A stretch of 64,000 nucleotides of DNA from Octopus vulgaris (taxonomy: Eukaryota). How positions within the stretch are numbered: position 1 is the stretch's first letter; each line of letters begins with the position of its first letter. Positions 10,846 to 25,495 of this stretch are shown one piece after another. The stretch is from assembly GCA_951406725.2 (NCBI GenBank), contig OX597833.1:55614001-55678000 (forward strand), written 5' to 3'. The notes below the pieces were generated by a model. It was not told the origin of the DNA. It ran no database searches and saw nothing but the letters and a program-made list of their open reading frames with translations. The translations under genes and the position numbers were made by a program.

Positions 10846-12482
10846 AACATTAACACACCGGGTGAAATGCTTAGCAGTATTTCGTGTGTCTTTACGTTCT
10901 GAGTTCAAATTCCACCGATGTCGATTTTACCTTTCATCTTTTCGGTGTCGATAAATTAAGTACCAGTTGCATACTAGTGGCGGTCTGATCGACTGGCCCC
11001 TCCCCCAAAATTTCGGGCCTTGTGCCTAGAGTAGAAAAGAATGTTTCACATCACCCCATTCTGAAGTCCTCGTTCTCGGTGACTTCAATTCTCACAACTG
11101 ATGGTAGCACTCATACTCATCCTACACCGATGCAGTCAGTGAGAAGCTAAATCTCTTACAATTCTCAACTCCTTACATGAACTTGTTGCATCCTTTATTC
11201 ACCTTCTAAATCGACACTTAAATACTCCATACACGCTCGATGTCTTTCTCACCTCAAAACTCACACATTACCATACCACAATGTTCTTAACTATCAGGTC
11301 ATCCGTCAAGGTGAGGAATTTGTACGCCACTGAAACCGGGAAACTGGCCCTTATGAGCCTGGCATGGCTCGAGAATGAAACATTTATTTTGTTTTATTTT
11401 ATCTGTATATAACTGAGTGAAACTAAATAAAACTTGTACAACATTTTTTGCTACTCTCTCGTTTCCAGTGACAAGCATTACAAGATGCTCGGTACTCTTC
11501 TGACGATGAGTATTATGCCGGAGTATCTCTCCCCTAGAAGAGCTACCTTCCCCACAGCTTTGTCAAAAACAACGACTGCCTCCTATACCCCCGGGAAATC
11601 TATTTAGTCCATACGCGGAACTCCCAAAAGTCCTATTGATCCGGGTCAGAACAGACTGTGGAGTAATGGTAATTAAGGGTCCACGTTCTTCAGAACTTCC
11701 GAACTAGAGCCCCATAACCGGATGCAGTTTAATGTCATATTCAAGACCCCCCACCCCCACACACACATCTATATATCATCGATTATTTAGGCACTCACCG
11801 CTGAAATTTTGTTTTGTGATTCACAACACAAGTATAGTATTGATTCGTTATGACAAGTACTATCCACTTTTTGCTAGGGTTTCTAAGAGGACTTAATTTT
11901 TCTTAAATTTCCAACGCTATTACAATTCTACATTGCCCAGACGGTTTTAGTCGGAAAAAATCAATCCCAGTACATATTTTGAAGTCTAGTACTTAATCTA
12001 TCGCTTAGTTTTATCGATATGCGAGCTTTCAGCAATGTAAACAAATTGAGTTACCACCTGTATGTCCGTGGGTAACCCGAAGTGATTTTGTAGAACTTTT
12101 TCTGTTGCTGTCAAAGTTTTTGAAATTTCAAAAGTAAATAAAAATTTTCAAATTTGGTCTGTTGATGTAATTTTTCACACTGAATCTGATGCTGGTATTC
12201 ACGCGTTCCAGAAAAGTTTTAGAAAAATGTTACAGAGGTTTAAAAGTTGATCCTTTTTATCCAATCAGAAAACAGGATTTGGAAGCTGGCATTTTGTGCG
12301 TGATAGCTGTCTAGCACAAGATTAATGCAAAAACCAAAGCATAATATTATCACAACGAAAGTTGTAAGAAGTTTTGAAGTTTTAATAAGTTTAAATGAAT
12401 AAAGTCATGTGAAACAGACAATATAGAGATTGTAAAAATGTATGTTAGATTACAAAAAAAAAAAAAAAAGACACATACATAT

Positions 12483-12681
12483 AGGCGCGGGCGTGGCTGC
12501 GTGGTAAGTAGTTTGCTTACCAACCACATGGTTCCGGGTTCAGTCCCACTGCGCGGCACTTTCGGCAAGTGTCTTCTACCATAGCCACGGGTCGACTAAA
12601 GCCTTGTGAGTGGATTTGTTTGACGGAAACTGAAAGAAGCCCGTCGTTTATGTATGTGTGAGTGTGTATATACGTATATAC

Positions 12682-12747
<66 letters not shown>

Positions 12748-12945
12748 ATTTGTGTGTTTGTCCCCTATCACCGCTTGACAGCCGGTGTTGGTGTGTTTAC
12801 GGCCACGTAACATTAGCGGTTCGGCAAAAGCGTCCGATAGAGTAAATACCAGGCTTTTGAAAAAAAATTGGTTTTGGGGTCGATTTGTTCGGCTAAAACG
12901 CGGTGCCCCAGCATGGCCGCAATCAAATGATTGAAACAAGTAAAA
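12483..12945 (+). mobile_element. tRNA-derived SINE (family B) with internal (TA)n(TG)n
   Basis: GGCG..GTGGCTGyGTGGTAAGTAG..GGTTCAGTCCCACTG (A/B-box-like); many copies in the window. Confidence 0.8.
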
Positions 12946-14080
12946 GATACTGTATGTTAAATTACACAAAAATAATAACAAAAACACGTAAACTGTGCCT
13001 TATACTATTCCAGTTCGGTTTATGTAAACAATTAATTCAAATTTCGTAGCGAAAATTCCAAAATTCTAGGATTACACTCTCAGATAAATTACAATTTTCG
13101 TATCTTCTGCGTCACATAAACTCGCAGAGATACGAGTCAACCATAGAACGGTGAGTCACACAGCGTCATTTATTCCCCCTTTTTACACCGGCTCGTGTGC
13201 TTGTTTCCATTTGTTGCGAGTTGTTACCATTTTTGCGATTTTGTAAACTCAACGTTATGGTTCTTTGTCGAAACTTATAGCTATAAGTTTCAAGAATGTG
13301 AGAGTAGGCTCTCCACAAATCACTGAAAATTGTAGTTCCTGGAAGAACTCACAGACGTATGCATTCTTCTAGTGTGTCGCGATTCTGACATGGCATTGTA
13401 TAAAGAAAAATGTGTCTGGTCTCGTGACCCCCCACCAAAAAAAAAATCACTGTTCAGGAAGTACCCTTCCTCGGTTGTATTTACGTTTTGAGATGTTCGT
13501 CCCCCCACCCCCCAAAAAAAACACAGGTGAAATTGGCAAAAATGGGGTCGTACAAACGTTCAGAAAATAAGCACTTTTCAAAGGAAATAGATAGGTAAAA
13601 ACAATATACGTGCTTTTATTAGTTTAAACAGATTATAATTTGGCTTGTTTCTGTGGAAACCGGCACCTGTATCTATGTGGCTTTCGATTGGATAAAATTA
13701 CTCAAAATTTGCAAACTTTAGAAGCTATTAACGTTTTATGGCAATAATAAATTTCATTTCCATAATTAGCATATAAAACTACACCAGTATACCAAATTTG
13801 AAAATAGCTGAAACAAAATTTTGAAAATTTAAAACTGTGACAGCAACAGAAAAGATCCGCTGATGCTTTATGTAACTATATCTTGTGTTAATTATTGTTT
13901 CATAAGGTATGGATGTGTGATTAAGAAGCTCGCTTTACAACCACGTGATTTCGGCTTCAATCCCGCAGTGTGACACTAGTTGGTTGTCAAGCTGTTGAGG
14001 CGTCAAAAAACAAAGGCACACGCGCGCGCGCTCACGTGTATATATATAATCAAAATAAGTAACAAGAATAACTTCGGTAA

Positions 14081-14168
14081 TTTGGTACGATCGTTTCACG
14101 CTACATCATTTTATTAAATGTTGTAAGTATTACAACAATTTTAAAATGTTGAGCACTCATCAGCCATT
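14081..14168 (-). ncRNA. Minimal type I hammerhead ribozyme motif (Penelope/retrozyme-type)
   Basis: Minus strand: TGG-CTGATGA-GTGCT[long stem II]AGCGT-GAAA-CGATCG-TA-CCA. Intact core boxes and a palindromic stem III. Confidence 0.6.
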
Positions 14169-14804
14169 AATAGAGGTTTTCCATTAATACATAATTTTCA
14201 TATCAATTGATAACATTATAGAGAAGGTAGATATATAGACAAAGATGTGGATTTATATATATATATATATATATATGACGAGCTTCCGCATAGTTTTCGT
14301 CAACAAAATTCACTCACAAGGTATCGTGAAGCTGAAGGGGCAGAAGAAAAATATATTCTTCCGTGGTCAAGCCCTCATCGACCGTTTCGTGTTTCATGCG
14401 AAAAGGATTGTGAGTGAGGAAGTGCGGCTTCCCAGTAAACTTGTTGAAAGGTGGACAATAGTGGCGGGCATTGTCCGAGTGAACAAACCTCAAGATTAAA
14501 GGGCGAGAAAGAACGTGTTACCTTATTAGTCTGGATAACCGTAATTTTCATGGGGGTTTCGACGTGTAACATAAGACCAGCAATTTTAGGGAAGGACTAA
14601 GTCGATTACATCGACCCCAGTGTTCTGCTGGTACTTGCTTTTTCAATAAAAAAAGGATGAAAGGCAAAGTAGACCTCGGCGGAATTTAAACTCAGAATGT
14701 GAAAATGGATGAATTGCCACTAAGCATTTTGTCCGGAGTGCTAACGATTCTACCAGCTGGTCGCTTCCTCGAGTAACATAATGCCACAAACCTAAACGAA
14801 GTTT

Positions 14805-15147
14805 AGTATCGATCTATTGCATTTCAATCTGTTTTAGGGTTAGGGTTAGGGGTGGGGGAAGGGTATCTTTTCTTCTTCACAAATGTAAATAAACCCAATC
14901 TGTTTCTTAAACGAGGGACATATTCATACGGCACAGAATGTTTTTACCTCAATAGACGTCATGATTGGTTGAAATTGCAGAAATTGAAGAAAAAAACCCA
15001 ACAAATATCTTACAAACTATAGAATTTTCTCAATAAAGCCAAGAGAGAAAGATGTTTTATAAGCACCTTCTACCAGTATACGAAGTTTAAAATTTTTTAG
15101 TTACCTAGAAATTATGTTAAAAACTGCCGTTCAAACCGAAAAGATCC
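14805..15147. mobile_element. Partial GGATC-TIR MITE
   Basis: Same sequence as 1588-2024 in reverse orientation; ends AAACCGAAAAGATCC. Confidence 0.8.
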
Positions 15148-15387
15148 ACAAAATCAACTAAGAATTGAAACCGCGTCATAGATGAGAACGTACTGCTTGC
15201 AAAGCAATGAGATTGAATTTTTAAAATCCGTTAATATTATGGAATAGTTCATTTAAGGTCAGAACAAATATTTGTTTCATTCCTATTGTTTCTTACAGAA
15301 ATAAATACAAAACATGACCGAAAGAAAAAAAAAATACATCGCGTCTTAGCTTCGAGTCAGCAGAAGAACAATTTATCTCACGAGAGG

Positions 15388-15972
15388 ATGGCAGGTTCGG
15401 AAAGGGTTGAAGAAAATACTGACGGAGATTGTCCTGCGGATAAATTGGAAAATGCTACGACTACAGGAGATTCGATACCAACAAGCAGTTCGTCAATTAC
15501 TTCTTCTAGCAGCACCGACGAAAACGAAGAACTTACGCCACTAGTGGCGGAATCTTGGGAAAATCAGAACCAACGTCACACGGTCAGGTATTCTGATATA
15601 CACTGGCTGTTTATACTCACCTGCCTGGTATTGAGTTCGATCAGTTTGTCCTGCAGCATTACATATCAGTTGCAACCCGTTCGCAAGTCTACAAATCTAT
15701 CGGACCATTGGGATTTAATTCTAGACGCGATTATAATCGGCAACTCGTTGGTAGTCTTGGGTGTCTTTTTCCCGATTTGGAAGCAAAGATTGGTTTTCCC
15801 AAACCGCACTCTCGTCTACTGTCTCTTCTGTACCATATTTAACATGTTGTCTGCTGCCATTATTTTCGGTTTACATTATGACCGGAATATACTTGCTATT
15901 CTTGTCAGTAATGTCATCCTTTATATTCTATTGTATGCACAGGACACCAAGCTGAGATGTATAGCACCTTAA
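15388..15972 (+). CDS. Uncharacterised four-TM protein, paralog 4 (194 aa from the first ATG)
   Basis: RYSDIHW...FPIWKQRLVFPNRTLVYCLFCTIFN; most similar to paralog 1; upstream cassette at 15160-15258. Confidence 0.82.
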   Translation: MAGSERVEENTDGDCPADKLENATTTGDSIPTSSSSITSSSSTDENEELTPLVAESWENQNQRHTVRYSDIHWLFILTCLVLSSISLSCSITYQLQPVRKSTNLSDHWDLILDAIIIGNSLVVLGVFFPIWKQRLVFPNRTLVYCLFCTIFNMLSAAIIFGLHYDRNILAILVSNVILYILLYAQDTKLRCIAP

Positions 15973-16298
15973 TATCTGTAACAAACTTTAACTTTCCACA
16001 TTCAATCATTCATGTTTTATACTTTTTAATATTTTTCTAAGTAGTTTCTAACTTTTAAACTTTTTTAAAAATATATATAACCAAACATTCCACTTGCAGT
16101 AACTACACTGTTTGATTTCAATTTTCCTTTTAATAATTTTAATGTTTTATACATGTTACGGTAGTGAATTCTACACCCTGAACTTCACAAAAAACCCGTG
16201 ACGTTTCATATGATGTGAGACCTGCTTGTGCTATTAATTACAAACCTACCACACAAATTATACCCACATATAATGAATCTAAAGCATCCGAACCACGC

Positions 16299-16359
<61 letters not shown>

Positions 16360-16577
16360 CCACTACTTGTTTTAATCACCATGTTTTTACTTTAAGCAAG
16401 TTAAACTGCAAGGAACTTGGCAATCTTGAATTTTCAAGGTCACGAATTCATTTAAGGCTACAAAAAACAAAGACAGTTTGTCTCCTAGAATACAAGAATT
16501 TCGTCATAATTTCAGACAGGAAATTTTATGCCATTTGGTATAAAATTAGCAACAGAATATAGCCATTCTTTAAAATA

Positions 16578-16770
16578 ATGGCCGATTCTGAAAGAACTGA
16601 TGGAAAAAGCTCTATGAAGTAATAAACGCTAATGCAAGTAGTTGTAACTTTCTATGGAGATCGATTCGCGGCCATTCTCTTTACAGTACGCCATCTTGTC
16701 TTGGTAAGAGAGCTTAAACTAATCATTGGAGCTATGTTGCAAAGGGAGATGGTTACCATCTCATCCCCCC
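16578..16770 (+). pseudogene. Decayed remnant of a 4TM-family 5' end
   Basis: Reads MADSERTDGKSSMK*; similar to 4364-4555. Confidence 0.55.
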
Positions 16771-16795
16771 CCCCCCACCAGTGTGGGTTTTATCC

Positions 16796-16932
16796 AGGGC
16801 CGGATTAAGACCCATCGGGGCCCTAAGCACTCCAAAGATTTTGGTGCCCCCATAAAAGCTTATGTAATTCAAAATATAAACAATAACAAACCATTTTTTA
16901 TTTTTCAAAAAATAAAACCGTAAGAGAGGGAA

Positions 16933-16963
<31 letters not shown>

Positions 16964-17287
16964 GTATACTCCCACTTTATATGAAGTTTTTATTTTTCTA
17001 TTGTTTCCAAGACAATAAATACCAAACATGGTGAATTGCTAAAAATGATTTATTTATTATTTTATTTATTTATTTTTTTTTTTTATTTTTTTTTTTTGCA
17101 AAGTCATTAATCAGATCCTCGAAATTAATCTTCGGTGACACCTAAAGGTATCCCGAATATTATGTTAGCAAGTTTAAAGTGATTTCTTTTGTACCGTAAA
17201 CAATTTACCATTTCTGTGGTGGGGCCCCCTCCTTCCTTTGATGCACTAAGCAGTGCTTATTTTGCTTAATGGTTAATCCGGCACCGG
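16796..17287. mobile_element. hAT-like MITE
   Basis: CAGGGCCGGATTAA ... TTAATCCGGCACCG imperfect TIRs. Confidence 0.45.
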
Positions 17288-17631
17288 TAATTTCAGCGAT
17301 TTCTAATCGGTCCGGTTACATATGGATGAATTACGATAGTACGTACCTAATCTATGAAAAGACGTAAATGTCAAATTTAAGACAAAATAAAATTTGCCTT
17401 GTAAATAGCATTTTATGATATAAATTAATAAATTGTAATTTTGAAATTGATTTCTAGGAAGCGACTGTAGTTTAGACAGAAAAAAAAAGCAGCATCGGAG
17501 AGGCGATGCATACTCTGCGCACACATAATTTTTTTTTCGCAAATTATAGTGTGACTTACAATTCGTTGCTTACCCACGCTTTTTAATTGGACTGAATTAA
17601 AAAAAAAAATTTGTTATCACAATTCTTCTGC

Positions 17632-18045
17632 CGGATTTTTTTCGTTTGAACGGCAGTTTTTTTCTAGCGGTGTCATATGAAATTGTCACCCATAATTATG
17701 ACCCTAGTATCGATCTATTGCATTTCAATCAATATTAGGGGTGGGGGGGGAAGGGTATCTTTTTTTTCTTCACAAATGTAAATAAACGCAATCTGTTTTT
17801 TAAACGAGGGACATATTCATACGGCACAGAATGTTTTTTTTTTTACCTCAATAGACGTCAGTGATTGGTTGAAATTGCAGAAATTTAAGAAAAAAAACAC
17901 AACAAATCTTACAAACTATAGAATTTTCTCAATAAAGTCAAGAGAAAAAGATGTTTTATAAACACATTCTACCAGTATACGAAGTTTAAAATTTTTTAGT
18001 TACATAGAAATTCTGTTAAAAACTGCCGTTCAAACCGAAAAGATC
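17632..18045. mobile_element. GGATC-TIR MITE
   Basis: Near full-length copy of the 1588-2024 family. Confidence 0.8.
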
Positions 18046-18279
18046 CCTTCTGCCTACAGTAGAGGATATTTATTACCCTGTGTACGGAAGCAGGCTATTG
18101 TAATAAATCGTCTGTCTGTGTGTTTGCAAAATTACTGGAAATCGACTGAATGGATTTTCACCAAATTTGGCAGAAATACTCGTTGGGTGAGTGGCTCGAA
18201 ATGGGAAGGAGTGGCTGTGACGTAAGAAGCTTGCGTCCCAACCACATGTTTCAGGCCTTGTGCCTAGAAAGGAAAAGAA

Positions 18280-18560
18280 TAGTTAACACGCTGGGTAAAA
18301 TGCTAAGCGGCATTTCGTCTGTCTTTATGTTCTGAGTTCAAATTCCGCCGAGGTCGACTTTGCCTTTCATCCTTTTGGGATCGATTAAATAAATACCAGC
18401 TTCGCACTGGGGTCGATATAATCGACTTAATCCGTTTCAGTCTTTGTTTGTCCTCTCTGTGTTTAGCCCCATGTGGGTAGTAAAGAAATAGGCATTTCCT
18501 CTGTCGTCACGTTCTGGGTTCAAATTGTACTGAGGTCGACTTAGCTTTTTATTCTTTCGA
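18280..18560 (+). mobile_element. SINE family A fragments in tandem
   Basis: Body and tail followed directly by the start of a second body. Confidence 0.65.
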
Positions 18561-18844
18561 GGAACACTTTCTTTATTCTTTCGATGTAATCTACATACTT
18601 CCTCCCACGAACATGCTGGCATTGTGCGAAAATGTGAAACAAATACATGGAATTATTCCCCACCCACTTTCGCTCCACAAGCTACCAATCTCGGTGTTGA
18701 TATTTTTGGTAGAACAAGGAAGAGTCTGAAACTGACCAGTAAAAACATTGTAGAAGAAAGAACTCAATACACGAAGAATGCATTGAAAAAGAAAGCAAGA
18801 ACACAGCAGGTCTGTTATAAATAAGCAATACCATCACCAGGGAA

Positions 18845-19020
18845 CTCTTTCACTCTTTTACTTGTTTCAGTCATTTGAATGTGGCCATGCTGGAGCACTG
18901 CCTTTAGTCGAGCAAATCGACCACAGGACTTATTCTTTGTAAGCCCAGTACTTATTCTGTCGGTCCCTTTTGCCGAACAGCATTGGTTGTAAAGCGATGT
19001 TGGGGATGGGGGAACAGACA

Positions 19021-19074
<54 letters not shown>

Positions 19075-19143
19075 ATACTATATTTGTTCCACGTCCCCGC
19101 GTTGTTGTGTTTTCTCTTTGTGTTTTCATGTTTGGATTAACTA

Positions 19144-19187
<44 letters not shown>

Positions 19188-19440
19188 TTAATAATTAGGG
19201 TTCAGCAAAGATTTGCTTTACCACATACCGAAGTTTAGAAATAGCAGCCAAAACCTTAGCTATTTCTTCTACTTTAAAAAGAGACTCATATACACGATGG
19301 GCTTCTTTCAGTTTCCGTCTACCAAATCCACTCACAAGGCTTTGGTCGGCCCGAGGCTATAGTAGAAGACACTTGCCCAAGGTGCCAGGCAGTGGGACTG
19401 AACCCGGGACCATGTGGTTTGTAAGCAAGCTACTTACCAC
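18845..19440 (-). mobile_element. SINE family B, fragmented by microsatellites
   Basis: Reverse complement of the family B head (19295-19440) and 3' part (18845-19025). Confidence 0.7.
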
Positions 19441-19896
19441 AAATGTCATGTTGCCATTCTCACCAGGGTCGTTTGACCAAGTGGGTGCAATTCTGGTTGA
19501 AAGATTTTTCACGTATTAGTTTTGGAAAGTTTGATTTTAGGGTTTTCCTCCCTTTGAATGTCAGTTCCTTAAACTGTAATCATTAAGCAACATGTCGGTC
19601 GGTCGTTCGTTCGCTCGTTCGCTCGCACGTACGTACGTACGTGCATACATGCATGCATAGTAATCATTAAGACTGGTCACGTGGTTTCTTTAGCGAAATC
19701 ATATTCAGTCTGCATAAAAAAGCAATATTAGTGATATTTTCTTGTATCCAGACTTTATGGTTACTATATATATATATGTGTGTATGTGTGGTTCTGAGTT
19801 CAAATTCCGCCGAGGTCGACTTTAACCTTTCATCGTTTCGGGGTCGATCTAGTTGACTGGACCCCTCCTCAAAAATTTCGGGCCTTGGGTAGAAAA

Positions 19897-21162
<1,266 letters not shown>

Positions 21163-21307
21163 CGAGGGATGTATGAATAATTTTGATCCTTGAAGGCTTT
21201 TGACCCTTAAAGTCTTGTACCATGTTTATTTTTCTGAGGCTCAAGACTTTTCATACACCCCTCGTATATGCACACACACACACACACACACACACAAGCA
21301 CATATAG

Positions 21308-21571
21308 ATCGATGGTTCTCAACCCTTTTCTACTTATGGACCCCTTTGATTCTTATTTTACTTGGGAGTGGGGTGCCTCATAGTTATTCGATGTTTAAAA
21401 ACTCCCATTATATTTTTTATATAATTAATTATCAGGTTTTCTATCTAAAAAAATGTTTACATATTTTCGGTATTGTAGAAGTGCAGCCAATTTATTTCAC
21501 ATACATTTTTTTAACAACAAAATCTTACATGGACTCTGAAGAGTGATATGGGACCTGGTTGGGAACCACTG
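21308..21571. mobile_element. hAT-like MITE
   Basis: GATGGTTCTCAACC ... GGTTGGGAACCACTG imperfect TIRs. Confidence 0.45.
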
Positions 21572-22189
21572 AAGTAGATAAATAAAAGAAAATGAAATGA
21601 ACGACATTTAAAAATATCTACAAACGTTTCGACGCATTTGTACACCCGTATTACATTTGTGAGATACTGTATAATCACTATTATGCATGCAAGATGCACC
21701 TCCTCAGATGATTGTTTAAATAATTCCTTCGTTAAATCCTACCGTCATTCCATTCCATGTCAGAATGCATACCCAAAATTCATGTGTCATATACAGCAGT
21801 TTACAGTCAAAATTATTTTCTCTCGTTTATCTCTTTATATAAATTCAACGGATACTACGGAGTTCCTGATGTATATTCAGCAGCAGGGATATTGCCATTG
21901 TATGATGACACCAGGTAGCCAATAACTGCGGACGATCTTTGCATAACATTCTGTAAGGGTTTTACTCGAATCTTAATATATTTTCTTTTATTCTGTTATT
22001 TGTTTCAATCATTTGACTACGGCCATACTGGAGCACCACCTTTGGTCGAACAAATCGACCCAGAACTTATACTTTGTAAGCCTAGTACTTATTCTATCGG
22101 TCGATTTGCCGAACCGCTAAGTTATGGGGACGTAAACACGCCAACATCGGTTGTCAAGCGATGGTGGGGAGGACAAAGACGGACACGCA

Positions 22190-22228
<39 letters not shown>

Positions 22229-22292
22229 GTTTCTGTCTTTGTCCTCCCCACCATAGCTTGATAACCGATGTTGGTGTGTTTACGTCTCCACA

Positions 22293-22346
<54 letters not shown>

Positions 22347-22377
22347 TACACACACGATGGGTGAACGGGTGTGATCT

Positions 22378-23337
22378 CCGATCGTCAAACTGTTGCTTCC
22401 TAGGTTCACTAGTTTTAGTGAACTCGAACCATGGATCAAACGTAGACCAAAGTCGGGTGCTTGGCAGGCCGAATGTCGTAAGTCACTCATGCTCCTCTGC
22501 CACACGGGTAATGCTGGTAGCGTGGGTTCCGCTTCGTCATTCTACTGAGGGCTGGTAGAGGCTAGTGTGATGACGCGCTGGGAGAAACCCTGGACTTCGA
22601 CGATGGTCAACTAACCAGCCTGTTCCAAAGGACATTCGGGCCGGGACCCTTGGATAACTTCCAGAGGTCCCTATCCTGGCAATGTTGCCGAGGAACCTTA
22701 CCAGTTCATGATAAACTCGTAGGACACGGTGCCTCCTGCTCACCGAAGATGTGGGCAGAACAGTAATACTGTTCCGCACACATTTGTGCAGTGTTCGGGA
22801 ATTACAGAAATGTGGGTTTACGATGAACGACTGCTGCCACGCCTGGGAAGAATACATCCGTCGTCCGAGTCAGTCACAGAGATTGTTCCACCCCGCACTC
22901 TGAACAGAAAAGGTAAGGTTTGTTTTCTCGTAGTGGTCACGAATGAAAGGATCGGTGACAGGTATCTTCATTTCTGGCCAAAGATTGGCAAACTTCTTTG
23001 TTTTCCTTCTACGAAGGGAAATTAAGGCTAGAGATGAGGTGCCTGTTATCGGATACGTATGGTAAAAGATGGAAGCAAGGGGTATACATGATGGGAATGA
23101 AAGATCCTGTGTGAGCCTAGACCATAAAGATTAAACCAAAAGGTCCAGTGGAGGAACGTGTCTTGCAGGGTCTTAACCGTCTCCCCACTTCATTGCAGTG
23201 TTGTTTTCTTTGTTTTTCACTCGTTTTACTATCATAAATTTTTGATTATTCATTTCTATATATTTTCATACGCTTCCCGACCCCGTGTTCATTTTGTATC
23301 ATCCCCTCTATGATTGGCCCTTGTGGCTTGAATAAAA
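22378..23337 (+). mobile_element. Degenerate L1/Tx1-clade LINE 3' fragment
   Basis: Similar to 292-1125 (GGATAACTTCCAG, TGGCAATG, GATAAACTCG); ends CCCTTGTGGCTTGAATAAA; frameshifted. Confidence 0.7.
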
Positions 23338-23929
23338 TCCTTATTCCTATGCATTAGTAAAGTCGGTATATTTTGGATGGGCTGGCTGCTGTACGGCGAA
23401 CTGTACGCGACCCGGTGTCTATTCTCGAAAATAGTAGTTCTTCGTCCTGACGACATCATTCACGACTGATCTCAAAGGGGATCTATTTCACTGGTTTATA
23501 AGCTCACAGCTGTCGCATGATTTTGGTTTTCGACTATTCGTACTTTGGTCATATACACTCGTAATTCAGTCGTATATAACTGGACCAATCAGTTATGATT
23601 GCAACTATCAGGACAGAACTAACACTGAGGAGAAAAAAAAAACAGGATGGGTGGGGAGCGATGTTGTCCCTTCTAGCATAGCTCTGGTCATTGGTTTAAG
23701 CTATCATATCGCGAAAAGGGGGCATGCTATTATGATAAAGAGGAACACAACTCATTCACTGTTTGTATTAAGTTGCAAGTATATGAATTGTTCGTATACT
23801 TCGTGGGGCTATTTCTATCAATTCTTATAGAATCGTCCATTAGTTTCTAAGGAAATAATCATCCTTTGTTGATTTCAAACCAAATGACATGAAAATTTTC
23901 TGAACCTTTGTCCATGTCTTGTAAATACT

Positions 23930-24145
23930 GGTTTCAAATTTTGGCACAAGGCCAGCAAGTTCAGAGGAGGGGGTAAGCCAATTATATTGGCCCCAGTACT
24001 CAACTGGCATTTATTTTATTTACCCCCGAAAGAATGAAAGGTAAAGTCGACCTCGGCGGAATTTGAACTCTGAACGTAAAGACGGACGAAATGTCGCTAA
24101 GCCTGTTGTCCGGCGTGCTAACGATTCTGTAAGTTCGCTGCCTTA
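23930..24145 (-). mobile_element. SINE family A
   Basis: GTCGACCTCGGCGGAATTTGAACTC..GGCGTGCTAACG. Confidence 0.7.
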
Positions 24146-24564
24146 TGTTTTGTAAATATTCCAAGAAAGAATAGATGCGTGGTGAACAACAGCTTTCCTT
24201 ATTTAGCTTTTCTTTTTCATCTTAAATTCCATTGTTTCTGCTTTCCTGTTTTCACTTCTTTAGCCAAATCTTACAGGCAAGGAACTGTCTAAAGTGTTAC
24301 TTGTATTTAAGACATTGGAATCAACTAAGCGGTTTCAATTCTTAGCTGACGAGAAATTTTGCTTAGGGCTTAGATGCCCTTAGATATCTATGAACGGAAT
24401 ATTTTGTCAGTTTCTGTTAAAAAAAAATTTAAGCAAAAAAAAAAAAAGGATCGTGATGGTCATTCATAAATAATTAATATTGGATGTTTGAGACTATCAG
24501 AGCGAAACGTCAACTTTTATACGTCAGTCATGGAGCGTCTCACTAGTAGACAAAACCTGTCATT

Positions 24565-24672
24565 TCGAGCGAAGAATTTCATTACCGGACATTTCGAGCG
24601 AAGAATTCCATTACCGGACATTTCGAGCGAAGAATTTCATTACCGGACATTTCGAGTGAAGAATTTCATTAT
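24565..24672. repeat. ~29-bp minisatellite
   Basis: CATTTCGAGCGAAGAATTTCATTACCGGA, about 4 copies. Confidence 0.8.
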
Positions 24673-25025
24673 CGTAGCAATTCGCAAGTTTTATTCGATT
24701 CGTTATATACAAATTTGGTTTTCTGTGGGTAGCATTTTAGTATTCGATCCCACAATCATATCTTACATCATGTAAAAATTTTACTCGTTTTTCTGCAAAG
24801 TCCACGGTGTGAAGCTACTATAATATGACCAAGAAATTACAATTATTAAAATCATCTTTGTCAGAACATTCACTAATTGAAATGTCTCGTTTGTATTTAA
24901 ATTTATTTACAATTATTTTTAAAAGCAATTAAAATATTTTAAAAGATAATATACGAAGTACATCTAAAAGTAAATTTAAAAATCAGGAACGATCGAATCG
25001 AGAACGTCGAGGTTCGTTACAGATT

Positions 25026-25464
25026 TTAAACAGCTGAAAAATTCGTAACCAACCTCGGTACACACAACAGAATCAACAGTATGGCACTACCGATTAAAAC
25101 GGACAGAATAATCCAGTCGTAATGTATATAAATGATTATGCTAGCAGACAACACACTAAGTGTGGCACATAGGATGCAGTGAGCATATCTTATTTTCGAG
25201 ATACCTGGGGTTGGTTTCGAAAACGGATAGACGAAGCAGAGAACTGCCAACGAGCTGGCGCCAATAACGGCGTGTAGAACGATTGTCCAGTACTCTGCAG
25301 TGTCTAGATTATGCTTTGCTAGCTGCACTAAACACATGATACTGGAATATAAACAAAATAACGACAGCAGTATGTAGCTGAACATCAAGAAACCGGGCAA
25401 ACGATAATAAGTGGTAGTGTGTTGTTGGTTTTGTTGATGCTGCGGTTGTTGTTGTTGTTCTTGC

Positions 25465-25495
<31 letters not shown>

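Noticed and set aside
15286-15387. Upstream TTG/GTG starts given in the ORF track for several paralogs
   Set aside because: This is eukaryotic DNA; homologous ATGs at 8605, 15388, 26066 and 31130/31145 are preferred.
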